The notes below the pieces were generated by a model. It ran no database searches and was not told where the DNA came from. It was given only the letters and a program-made list of their open reading frames with translations. 64,000 nucleotides of DNA from an uncultured Pseudomonadota bacterium. GTDB taxonomy: Bacteria; Oederibacteriota; Muellerivitia; Muellerivitales; Muellerivitaceae. Positions within the stretch are counted from its first letter, which is position 1; each line of letters starts with the position of its first letter. The stretch spans positions 256,001-320,000 of the forward strand of contig CAVYRH010000004.1 in NCBI GenBank assembly GCA_963770835.1, in the 5' to 3' direction. Positions 7,446 through 16,500 of this stretch are shown piece after piece. The position numbers and the translations under genes are program-made.

Positions 7446-9893
7446 TTGCCGCCACGGTTTAAAACATTTTTAACCAGCGTCTTCTTCCTCCTGCTCATTG
7501 TGGGAACTGGAACCGGTTCCGTTTGGGCCCATCCCTTGGATAACGTCACCTCCGACGAGTCCCTCTACCAACGCGTGCAAAAACTGGCCGACGCCGGCCT
7601 TTTGGACCCCGCGGACCGGCAGGTGCTGGACCAGGGAAGAGTGGTGACGCGCCTGGAACTGGCTTTTTATGTCGAGAAGGCCCAATCCCACCTGCAAATG
7701 GCGGCCGCCACAAGAATTTCCACCGAAAAATCCACAGCCTCTTCCCCCTCGCCCGAGGCGGCAACCGGCCTGGAGCGGGAGATCCTGGACCTGTTGAAGG
7801 AACTGGAGGAGGAGTCTTCCTACTTGCGCACCCGGTTGGCCTTGGACGACGAAAGGATCCACCAACAGGAAGCCGAACTGGACCAGCTGATTTCGGACCA
7901 GGACAAGGTCGAGTCCGCTTTCAACACGGCCAACAAGGCCAGCGGAACGCCCCATTTCACTTCCATCTCCGACGAGAAGGTTGAGAACATCAATGTCTCG
8001 GGCCTTTACCGGGCGGGCGCCACCCGGTTGACCAACGAGGTCAATCTGGGCGTCTGGAGTGACCTGGGCGGCAAGGGTTCCGTCAACCTGGGGCTGGGCG
8101 GCTACGTCTTCGGTTCCAACGCCTCCGCCAGCCCGGTTTCCGTCTATCTTTTCTCTCCCTCGGTCAACTACAACCTGGATGGGAAACTTGGCCACTGGAG
8201 CTTCACCGTGGCGCAGGAAGACTATACCTACGACACGGACCTGGGCAATTTCACCCGCGGCTTGCAGCCCGGCACACTGCGCTTCGAGAACCCTTTCGAC
8301 GTGAAACGCTACTCCAGCGACAAGGACATGAAGAACTGGGATGACTACATGACCAACCTGGGCTACGTGCCCAGCTCCGAAGCTTGGGTGAACCAAAACA
8401 GCACGGTCAAGGTCTTTGACGGTTTCTACGGCGTGGGCACCCAGCTTCCCCTGGTCAGTTCGGACGCCCGGGCTACCTTACTCTTCGGACCCAACAACAA
8501 CGCCATCTTCCCCAACCAATGGGAGGAAGGGCTCAAATACAGCCAGCCCTGGCTGGGAGGGAAACTCCTGACCGCATTTTCCACCGAGTGGGTGAACGAC
8601 AATTACGGGATCACGCCGCCCGGCAGCCCCTCCATGGACATGAAAGATTACGAGGCTAATTTCGGGATCGACCTCTATCCGGTCTTTATCAGCCTCGACG
8701 CCGGATTCTCGAGTTTTTACACCGGCATCGACACCCGCAACCCCTCGGACCCGCAAGCCCTGGTCGCCCCGGCGGGCCTGGCCTCCCTTTCCATCTACCC
8801 GCTGACCCTCTACTACACGGCCGTCAGCGACGGTTACGCCGACATGCAAAGCAAGGTGGTGCTGGCCGGGTTCAACCCGACCCGCTACGGGGAACCCTAC
8901 CTCATCAACGCCAGCAGCGGGAGCAACATCGGGTCCAGCAACGCCAGTTTTTTCGAGAACCCGGGCTATATCGGCATGGTGGACGACCTGGTCAGCAACC
9001 GTTACGGCTGGCGCGCCAACCTGGGATGGAAGGGACGGCAGGAAAGCTGGACCAAGGACCTGCCCTCCTTCCTGGACGATATCGTGATCAATTTCGACAT
9101 GGCCCAAAAGACCGAGTACACGGTCCAGACGGACGAGGCGGGGTACAACGCGGTCCAGGTGAACGACCTGATCACCGTCTTCTATCCCGAGGACACGGGC
9201 ATCTGGGGGAACACCCTTTGGGGCGGATATAACGGAGCCGGGCCCATGGCCACGGCTTACGACGCCAATATCGCTTCCCTGCGGAATAATGGAGTGACCG
9301 AAACCTACACATTGTTGGGGAACGGCTATTACCAAAGGATTCCCTTCATCCTGCCGGTTTATTCCGCCGCAGGCACCATCCAGACTTCCGGGGGCGCCAA
9401 CGTTTATACGCAGTTGGACCATATCAAGACCTACAACTACGTCACCCTTACCACCAAGTTCCAGTTCAATAAGATGTTCGGCCTGCCCACCCCCCTTTAC
9501 GGAAGTTTCTTCTTCACGGACAACGGCGTTTCCGGCTTCAGCAACAACCCGGCGATCGCCAATATGCCCGACCCCTACCGGCCGGGGCAGACCTTGCAGT
9601 CCATTCCCAACCTCTTCGACCAGACGGTTTACGACGCGGCCCTCATGTACCAGGTGGTGCGCAACGTGAACCTGATGGCCGACTACGGCCTGGAATTTTG
9701 GAAGTCGGATTACACCTATCCCCTCGTGGATGAGAGGACCGATTCCTTCGGCCTGGGGATGGCCTATGACCTGCCCTGGGGCGGCGGCAAGTTGGAAACG
9801 CGCTACAAGCACCTGATTTTCCAGGACACCTACGTCCCGGCCAATAATTACCAGGCGGACCAGGTTTACGTTTATTTGCTGTTCCAGTTTTAA
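7446..9893 (+). CDS. Outer-membrane protein 1: signal peptide, SLH-like domain, coiled coil, large beta-barrel
   Basis: LYQRVQKLADAGLL...VTRLELA (SLH-like), heptad region, C-terminal beta-signal VYVYLLFQF. Confidence 0.75.
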   Translation: MPPRFKTFLTSVFFLLLIVGTGTGSVWAHPLDNVTSDESLYQRVQKLADAGLLDPADRQVLDQGRVVTRLELAFYVEKAQSHLQMAAATRISTEKSTASSPSPEAATGLEREILDLLKELEEESSYLRTRLALDDERIHQQEAELDQLISDQDKVESAFNTANKASGTPHFTSISDEKVENINVSGLYRAGATRLTNEVNLGVWSDLGGKGSVNLGLGGYVFGSNASASPVSVYLFSPSVNYNLDGKLGHWSFTVAQEDYTYDTDLGNFTRGLQPGTLRFENPFDVKRYSSDKDMKNWDDYMTNLGYVPSSEAWVNQNSTVKVFDGFYGVGTQLPLVSSDARATLLFGPNNNAIFPNQWEEGLKYSQPWLGGKLLTAFSTEWVNDNYGITPPGSPSMDMKDYEANFGIDLYPVFISLDAGFSSFYTGIDTRNPSDPQALVAPAGLASLSIYPLTLYYTAVSDGYADMQSKVVLAGFNPTRYGEPYLINASSGSNIGSSNASFFENPGYIGMVDDLVSNRYGWRANLGWKGRQESWTKDLPSFLDDIVINFDMAQKTEYTVQTDEAGYNAVQVNDLITVFYPEDTGIWGNTLWGGYNGAGPMATAYDANIASLRNNGVTETYTLLGNGYYQRIPFILPVYSAAGTIQTSGGANVYTQLDHIKTYNYVTLTTKFQFNKMFGLPTPLYGSFFFTDNGVSGFSNNPAIANMPDPYRPGQTLQSIPNLFDQTVYDAALMYQVVRNVNLMADYGLEFWKSDYTYPLVDERTDSFGLGMAYDLPWGGGKLETRYKHLIFQDTYVPANNYQADQVYVYLLFQF

Positions 9894-9944
9894 GTGATGA
9901 AGAAAAGTGAAAAGGATGAAGGACCAAAAGTGGAAATGACGAGA

Positions 9945-12119
9945 ATGAAAACAAAACCCTTCCTGCCGCTCCTGGCGGCTTTGGCCTTAACGGCCCTGCC
10001 GGCTTTTGCCGACCACGGCCCCACTGCGTCTACCCAAAGGGACCCCTGGATCGATTCGAGCCTGGAGGACCTGGTCCAGGCCGGACTGGTGGATTCCTTC
10101 GGCCGACCGGTGAGCCAGATGACCAACCTAGAAGTGGCCCAGGCCACGGCCGCCGCGGCGAAAAAACTGCAATCGCCGGATGAAACGGCATCCCAACCCC
10201 TTCCGGCCCAAACCAAGGCCGATGAAAGCCTGGGGAAACTGGTGGAGGAGTTCAAAAGCGAACTGGCCCTGATGGACGTGGACGTGGTCAAGGTGGAGGA
10301 CCGAATCCATGAGGAAGAGAGGCGCAACGGGGAATTCGCCGCCCTGCAGCAGGAATACCTGAAGCGCACGGGGACCCAGGTTTCGGGCTATGCCCGGGGC
10401 TACTTCGACACTTACCGGGGTTTCGGCCCCAACGCGGCCTTTTCGTCCATGAGCTACAACGACGTCATGTTCGCCGACATTCTCCTCAAGAGCGTGCCTG
10501 TGCCTTTCGTGCTTTTCGACGCGGACTTGCGCCTGATCCGCACCATCGGTTTTTCCTACGCTGACCCCATTCTGCCCGAATACAACCTGCGCTGGCTTTC
10601 CCTAACCAACGTGAACGAGGTGGCCAACCTGACCGCCGGGGACTTTTACCAGCACTACACTCCCCTGACCCTTTGGAACTCGGAGATACCCGTCTATACC
10701 CTCACCGAGCCTTCCTCCTATGAGCGGGTGCGCAAGGACGTTGAGGAACTGGTCTACCTGGACCACGGCCCGGACTGGCACATGCGGGGCTTCGAGCTCT
10801 CCTCGGATCAGGCCCTGTCGGATACCTCCATCCCCTTGAGTTCCTTCCACGGCCAGGCCATGGCGGGCGAGCTCCAGTCCGCGGCCCAGTACAGCTTTGC
10901 CCAGGACTACGCCGGGGGCGAAGCAGGCCTGGACTTTTTCAACGACAAGGTGGAGATCAAGGCCACCGGCCTTTCACTTTGGGACCAAAGCCAGTATTCG
11001 GACGTGCCCTATATCCCGGGCCTCTTCTCCACTTACTCGCAGCAGTACCAGATTGGAAGCCTGCTGGCCTCCGGCAACTTTTCCCTCCAGGATGACGCCA
11101 ATATCATCGCTTCGGTCGAAGTGGCTGGGTCCCGCTACCAGGAAGACGCCACCAACCCCCAAAGCGTGCTGGAGGATTCGGCTGTCCGGGGTGTGGGCAC
11201 GTTGAACCTCTCTACCTTGCACGTGACCGCCAAGTACCTTTACAACGGGCCCTACTTTTATTCCCCTGGGGCCCAGACCAACCGCTACACGCCCTACCCC
11301 GGCACTGCCGGTTACCTGAGCACCAACCAAAACCTGGATGACGCCCTGCCCGGATACCTTAACAACTACGTCTTCCAAGGGGTCAACCGCCCGGGTTTCG
11401 CGCCTTACGACCGCATCGCGGAAAACATCCTGCCCTACGGCGACGCCTCGCCCAACCGCGAGGGGTTCGTCTTCAACGGCTCCGTGGGACTGGGGAAGGA
11501 CGGCTGGCTCGTGCCCCAAGCCCAGGCGGAGGTCGGCATGAAAGAGGTCCAACCCAACCTTATCCTTCTCTCCAGCGGCGGGACGACCTCGGTGGACGGC
11601 CTGACCGAGGGCCGCAACTTCACCGGAATCGAAACAGCCTTGACCGCCAACCTGTCCAAGGCCCTGGACGGCCTGCCTTCCACCTGTGACGTATCGTTCG
11701 ATTACAAATACCAGGAAACGGATTTGGGGCTGAGTACCCCCTTTGTGGTAAACACCTTCATCGCTTCGGCCGACGCCGGGCCCTTCCCGGACCTGCCCTT
11801 GCTGGACGGCCTGATTCTTTCCCTGGCCTATGAGGAGGCGCAGGGAAGTGGAAGCGAGTTTGTTTTGAACTCGCTGGGCAATCCCCCCACCCTGGCCCAG
11901 TATCCCGACTACCTGGATTCGAACCTGGCCGACAACAGCTATACCTACCAGACCCTGGACATCACGCGCACTTCCTGGGCCTTTGGCGCCAGGCTCCCTT
12001 TAAGCAAGAGCGCCGAGGTGCACGCGGACTACTTCATCAACCAGTACACATGGACCAGCCAGCCCAGCTACGGCCGCCAGGATCAGATATGGAGGGTGAC
12101 TTATGAACTCACCTTCTAA
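9945..12119 (+). CDS. Outer-membrane protein 2: signal peptide, SLH-like domain, coiled coil, large beta-barrel
   Basis: AFA cleavage site; WIDSSLEDLVQAGLV...MTNLEVA; LGKLVEEFKSELALM; ends RVTYELTF; start 9936 or 9945. Confidence 0.75.
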   Translation: MKTKPFLPLLAALALTALPAFADHGPTASTQRDPWIDSSLEDLVQAGLVDSFGRPVSQMTNLEVAQATAAAAKKLQSPDETASQPLPAQTKADESLGKLVEEFKSELALMDVDVVKVEDRIHEEERRNGEFAALQQEYLKRTGTQVSGYARGYFDTYRGFGPNAAFSSMSYNDVMFADILLKSVPVPFVLFDADLRLIRTIGFSYADPILPEYNLRWLSLTNVNEVANLTAGDFYQHYTPLTLWNSEIPVYTLTEPSSYERVRKDVEELVYLDHGPDWHMRGFELSSDQALSDTSIPLSSFHGQAMAGELQSAAQYSFAQDYAGGEAGLDFFNDKVEIKATGLSLWDQSQYSDVPYIPGLFSTYSQQYQIGSLLASGNFSLQDDANIIASVEVAGSRYQEDATNPQSVLEDSAVRGVGTLNLSTLHVTAKYLYNGPYFYSPGAQTNRYTPYPGTAGYLSTNQNLDDALPGYLNNYVFQGVNRPGFAPYDRIAENILPYGDASPNREGFVFNGSVGLGKDGWLVPQAQAEVGMKEVQPNLILLSSGGTTSVDGLTEGRNFTGIETALTANLSKALDGLPSTCDVSFDYKYQETDLGLSTPFVVNTFIASADAGPFPDLPLLDGLILSLAYEEAQGSGSEFVLNSLGNPPTLAQYPDYLDSNLADNSYTYQTLDITRTSWAFGARLPLSKSAEVHADYFINQYTWTSQPSYGRQDQIWRVTYELTF

Positions 12120-14445
12120 CGTAAAAACTTTTCACCACAGGCCGCCTTCGGCGGCGCACAGAGTTCACGGAGTAAATCTTTTGGGATTAAAACTTGTAGT
12201 AGCTTTCCTGCTGGCCCTCGCGGCCGCTGGCGGGGCCGCCGCCAACGCCATCTTCGACCAAGTACCGGCGGGCGACCCAACTTATGCCAGCCTGGAAAAG
12301 CTTGAAAATGCGGGGTTGCTGCCCGCAGGGGCCGCCCAACCTCCCCTGTCCCGCTATGATGTTGCGTTGGACATCTCGAAAGCCCGCGGCAAGTATGACC
12401 AAATAGTCTTAGCCCAGGCTGGCGACGAAATCCCCCCACCCCCGAGCGATCTGTCGACCATCAACAGTACCCCGACTCCCACACCCAAACCCACACCCGT
12501 ACCATTAACTGATTTGGCCAAGACCCTCACTAGCCTGGAAGAGGCCTACCAATACGAATTGAAAGCGGTCAAGGCAAGCCTCCAGTCGATCCAAAGCGAG
12601 GCGGATGAAGTGGACGCCAAACAATACGAACTTCGCAAGAGAATCATGGGCATCACCGAATACCCCAGCCTGTCGGTGCACGGTTTGGGCCGGGCCTTCG
12701 GTTTCTCCCAACAATATGTGGGCCCCACACCTCCCTATGTGATCCAACCCGGTGTCCAGCAGTCCTTTGGCTACCTGGACCTGGAACCCGAAGGGGTGGT
12801 CAGCAAGCAGGTGAGCTGGAACGCCATCCTGCGCCTGGAAACGTCCTTTCAGCCCAACGCGGCCCCGGTCATCACTTTCCGGCGCGCCTCGATGGATTTC
12901 AGCCCCGAATGGTTCTCGGCGGACCTGGGGGATTTCGACGAGGCCTACACGCCCTTCACCCTTTGGAACCGCGACACGTTGGACCTCAAGTACGTGCCCG
13001 AAATGATCGCCCGGGAGGACGATACCGCCAAATACGAAAGCTTTTTAAACAATGAGCCCGAATGGCCCTTCCGGGGGGTGAGGATCGGCACCAAGCTCCT
13101 GTGGCCCAACTCGGACGTGTTGGACGAATTCCACGTTTCCACCTTCGCCGACATGATCCACAACAACGCGGCGGATTACGGTGTTTTCATCACTCCCCCC
13201 CAATATATCGACTGGCTTTTCGGGGGAACGGCCGGGATCAAGTCCAAGAAGTGGAAATGGGACGGGACCACTTGGCAGGCGGACATCGAGACTTACGGCA
13301 TCATCATGGACCAGCCCCTAGATACCACCCCCGGAGTAGCACCCTATAATCCCCTGGATGTGACGACCTGGGCGCACCAATACCTGATCGGGAGCGTCAA
13401 ACCGGGACTCAAGGTGGACTTGGGTGACGGCACCACGGTGGGCGGCTCGGTGGAATACGCCACTTCCAGCTACCAAGATGACAAGCTGGACTCCAACCGG
13501 GTCATCGTGGACAACGCTCTTTTTGGAAGTTTGTTCGTCCAAGAAGGGGCCTCGACGGTTTCCTTCAACTACCTTTACGTGGGGCCTTACTATTACTCCC
13601 CCATGGCCCAGACCCGGCAGGACGCGGTCACGAACCTTTCCAATCCCGCCGGGCTTTCCTATTTAAATTCCCCGGACCTTTTCTCGGCACCCCTGCGCGG
13701 GCAGGACTTTTTGACCGCTATACCACGGGCCGGGGGAATCTTCGGTTTTTACGACCGCACCCAGGACAACACCTTCCCCTACGGCTTGGCTACCCCGAAC
13801 CGCAAGGGGATCGGGATCGACGCAGACATCGAGGCCCTGGACCATAAGGCCCTGAAGATTCTGGGGTCGGCTTATTTTGTGCAGGAAATCCAGGACGACC
13901 TGGTGAACAACTTACCCGATACGGCCCTGGTGCCAGTGGACGCGTCCGTGGGGACGTCCTCGGTAGCACTGCGGAATTTCACCTACATCAACGCCGGGCC
14001 TTCCCTGAACGTGGGGCCCCTGCTGGGGCTGGGACGGGACGTGGAACTAGGGACCAACGTGCGGATGGAACAAACCACCAGCTGGGTCGGAACCCTGACC
14101 AGCACCTGGATCATCGGCGGCGTTCGGGTGGAGATCCTGCCGGTTTGGGAGGTCTCAGCCGCCTTTAGCAACCAAGAGTCCAAGGGTACGGAAGAAGGCT
14201 TTAACGGGACCCTTTGGGCCCAGTATCCCTACTTGTTCGACAACTCGGACCTGGGGTCTTATGCGCCGTTCACCGTCAACGGCAGCAACCAGAGCTGGCG
14301 GTTCTCGAACCTGTTCAAGGTCAACCCCAATTCCACCATCTACCTGGACGCGGATTGGACCAGCGGCAACCTGATGCCCGTCAGCGCTTCCAACCCCACC
14401 CTGATCAACCAGTTTTACGAGGTGACTTATGAAGTACGGTTCTAA
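12103..14445 (+). CDS. Outer-membrane protein 3: signal peptide, SLH-like domain, PT linker, coiled coil, large beta-barrel
   Basis: FDQVPAGDPTYASLEKLENAGLL...LSRYDVA; ends EVTYEVRF; shares YTPxTLWN, YLYxGPYxYSP and PYGxAxPNR with OMP2. Confidence 0.75.
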   Translation: MNSPSNVKTFHHRPPSAAHRVHGVNLLGLKLVVAFLLALAAAGGAAANAIFDQVPAGDPTYASLEKLENAGLLPAGAAQPPLSRYDVALDISKARGKYDQIVLAQAGDEIPPPPSDLSTINSTPTPTPKPTPVPLTDLAKTLTSLEEAYQYELKAVKASLQSIQSEADEVDAKQYELRKRIMGITEYPSLSVHGLGRAFGFSQQYVGPTPPYVIQPGVQQSFGYLDLEPEGVVSKQVSWNAILRLETSFQPNAAPVITFRRASMDFSPEWFSADLGDFDEAYTPFTLWNRDTLDLKYVPEMIAREDDTAKYESFLNNEPEWPFRGVRIGTKLLWPNSDVLDEFHVSTFADMIHNNAADYGVFITPPQYIDWLFGGTAGIKSKKWKWDGTTWQADIETYGIIMDQPLDTTPGVAPYNPLDVTTWAHQYLIGSVKPGLKVDLGDGTTVGGSVEYATSSYQDDKLDSNRVIVDNALFGSLFVQEGASTVSFNYLYVGPYYYSPMAQTRQDAVTNLSNPAGLSYLNSPDLFSAPLRGQDFLTAIPRAGGIFGFYDRTQDNTFPYGLATPNRKGIGIDADIEALDHKALKILGSAYFVQEIQDDLVNNLPDTALVPVDASVGTSSVALRNFTYINAGPSLNVGPLLGLGRDVELGTNVRMEQTTSWVGTLTSTWIIGGVRVEILPVWEVSAAFSNQESKGTEEGFNGTLWAQYPYLFDNSDLGSYAPFTVNGSNQSWRFSNLFKVNPNSTIYLDADWTSGNLMPVSASNPTLINQFYEVTYEVRF
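12131..12165 (+). repeat. Left arm of the 9-nt-unit repeat, interrupted by a mini-hairpin
   Basis: TTCACCACAG-[GCCGCC-TTC-GGCGGC]-GCACAGAG-TTCACGGAG; no right arm seen. Confidence 0.65.
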
Positions 14446-15151
14446 ACTCTTCGCTCTTTTGGCCGTGACGACCCTGATGGGCTGGGGCTGCCAATCCATG
14501 GCTCCCACAAGTTCGGTCGGGGGATCGGCGGCCAACTCGCCCAATGAGGTCATCAACTTCGAGGGTTCACCGGCCACAGTGGTTAATTCGCATTTGGCCG
14601 AAGCTGGGGTTCCGGGAAACACCGTGCAAGTCCCGGGTACCATTAGCGTGGATGTGCCCGGTGGGGTGACCTTTGAGGGCATCGTGTCGCCCGGGGCCAA
14701 CGGAACGGCCCATGCCTACCAGATGTCCGGGCCCGTGACCGGTTCCATATGCCAAATGATCATCAAGCTGGATACGGGCTCCGCTTCAGGCTATTACAAC
14801 GCCAGCCTCTTCAAGGGCGTCCAGTTTTACATGAGGGTCATGCCCGACGACACTTGCACCTCAAGACAATTTTCCATTCCTATCGCCCAAACCATGCCGG
14901 TGACCAACGGGGGAACCTGCTTGAGCGGTTGTTACGACCATTTCGGCTATACCTACCAGGGCACGGGTGGCAACTGGCAGTTATACGCCCTGAATTTTTC
15001 GTCCCTCACGCGCAGTAGTTACGGAAGCGCCGTCAACCCACCCACCCTGACCGGCTCCAACCTGGCGCAGTTTGTCCAGTTGCAGTGGCAGCAAAACGGC
15101 GGCGGTTCCAGCAACGCCGATTTCGGCATAGATGAGGTACAATTTTATTAA
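14429..15151 (+). CDS. Lipoprotein with CBM11/CIA30-like domain (paralog of 6664..7419)
   Basis: Lipobox-like GWGC; GANGT, GYYNASLFKGVQFY, GGTCLSGCYDHFG, DEVQFY. Confidence 0.75.
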   Translation: MKYGSKLFALLAVTTLMGWGCQSMAPTSSVGGSAANSPNEVINFEGSPATVVNSHLAEAGVPGNTVQVPGTISVDVPGGVTFEGIVSPGANGTAHAYQMSGPVTGSICQMIIKLDTGSASGYYNASLFKGVQFYMRVMPDDTCTSRQFSIPIAQTMPVTNGGTCLSGCYDHFGYTYQGTGGNWQLYALNFSSLTRSSYGSAVNPPTLTGSNLAQFVQLQWQQNGGGSSNADFGIDEVQFY

Positions 15152-15261
15152 TTCAAACCCAGGGTTTACGGGGGACTATCCGCCCATCGGGCCCAGTACC
15201 AAGGGCACGGGATGTTCTCCCGCTTGAAGGTTTGAGCTGCTGAGAGTTGAGGAGGTTTGAC

Positions 15262-16488
15262 ATGAAGATAAAATGGTTTGCATTCCTATTCCTGACCGTG
15301 GCCCTGGCTTTTACCCTTTGGCTGACCCAAGGCTGCAACAAGAATGTCCCCACGCTGGCGACCATGGCTGTTCCAACGGTAACGCCTTCCACCAGCTGGT
15401 ATTTTGAGACCAGTTCCGCCATCGGGTCGGGGAAGAACCAGTGGAATGACACCGGTTTTAACGACTATGCCGGCACTCCTGTCCCCGGCACGACAAGCTG
15501 GAGCCAGCCGGGGTACAACGGCTCGGTCGGCTGTTTAAACGATGCTATTACTTTCACCGCTTCGAAGCAGTCGGATACGGTGCAGTACACCCCTTCCACG
15601 GGCCTTAATTTTATACAGCTGGGCGTCAACAGCATCAGTTTTGAAGTCTGGGTCGATGGTTCCCTCAACAGCACGACCGTGCAAATTTATTTTCAAAGTG
15701 GATCGGGCACCTGGGAGTGGAGCAACCAAATGTCCGTGACCGCAGGTGGTTGGAATAATGTTACTTTCACCCCCACTTGGGTGAAGAGCGGTGAAAGCCC
15801 CACCAACGTGCAATCTTTCTGGATCACGCTCATCTCCGGAGGCGCGGGAACCGGCAATTTTAAATTGGATAATATCATGCTCAACCCTGGAACCATTGTC
15901 CCCACCCCGACTCCTCCACCCGTCGCATCTCCAACGGCTACCTTCACACCGGTGTCGGCTTACAGCTGGTATTTCGATAGCAGCACCATGGGCGCAGGAG
16001 GAAACGACATCGGTACGGCGGCAAACCAATCAGGAACCTGGTATGACCAAGGGGGGCAGGGGGTAACCGGCGTCGTGAGTTGGGCCACCCCTGGTTATAA
16101 CGGTTCCACGGGTTGTTTTCAGAGCTTCGTCACCTTTACAACGACAGGACAATCGGACCAGATTCAGTACAATTTGCCAAGCCCGATGAACTGGACCTCA
16201 ATGGGAGTTATCGGTATCCGCGCAGAAGTTTGGGTCGACAATACCCTGGATAACACGACCCCCGTGGCTCAACAATTCACCTCAAGCGGCTCGGGTTCCG
16301 TTTGGGAATATGGCGGTTATACCAGCTTGACGGCCAACGCATGGACATTTACCAGTTTTGTCCCCCCTTTCAGCACTACCGGAACCGATCCAACCAACGT
16401 CAAAAGTTTCTGGTTCAGGATTACGACGAACGGCGGCACGTCGTTTGGCAGTGGAAACGTCAAACTAGACAATATCGAGCTTTATTAG
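15262..16488 (+). CDS. Lipoprotein with two tandem CBM-like beta-sandwich domains and a Pro/Thr linker
   Basis: SD GGAGG; lipobox-like TQGC; duplicated SWYF...SWxxPGYNGSxGC...EVWVD...WE...GNxKLDNI; linker PTPTPPPVASPTATFTP. Confidence 0.75.
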   Translation: MKIKWFAFLFLTVALAFTLWLTQGCNKNVPTLATMAVPTVTPSTSWYFETSSAIGSGKNQWNDTGFNDYAGTPVPGTTSWSQPGYNGSVGCLNDAITFTASKQSDTVQYTPSTGLNFIQLGVNSISFEVWVDGSLNSTTVQIYFQSGSGTWEWSNQMSVTAGGWNNVTFTPTWVKSGESPTNVQSFWITLISGGAGTGNFKLDNIMLNPGTIVPTPTPPPVASPTATFTPVSAYSWYFDSSTMGAGGNDIGTAANQSGTWYDQGGQGVTGVVSWATPGYNGSTGCFQSFVTFTTTGQSDQIQYNLPSPMNWTSMGVIGIRAEVWVDNTLDNTTPVAQQFTSSGSGSVWEYGGYTSLTANAWTFTSFVPPFSTTGTDPTNVKSFWFRITTNGGTSFGSGNVKLDNIELY

Positions 16489-16500
16489 CCCCGTGCCGGG

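Noticed and set aside
8478..9812. Long alternative-frame ORFs (also 7470..8396, 20924..21955, 25528..26532, 44556..45641, 51574..52542, 58881..59801, 60556..61977)
   Set aside because: Shadows of high-GC genes; they overlap well-supported CDSs and show no recognisable motifs.
12154..12165. TTCACGGAGTAA is shared with the reverse complement of the IS30 right IR
   Set aside because: Only 12 nt, lacks the AAGTGCAACAC core, and is better explained as a unit of the 9-nt repeat.
7446..14445. The large OMPs as SusC/TonB-dependent receptors
   Set aside because: No TonB box or plug motif recognised; the N-termini are SLH-like plus coiled coil.
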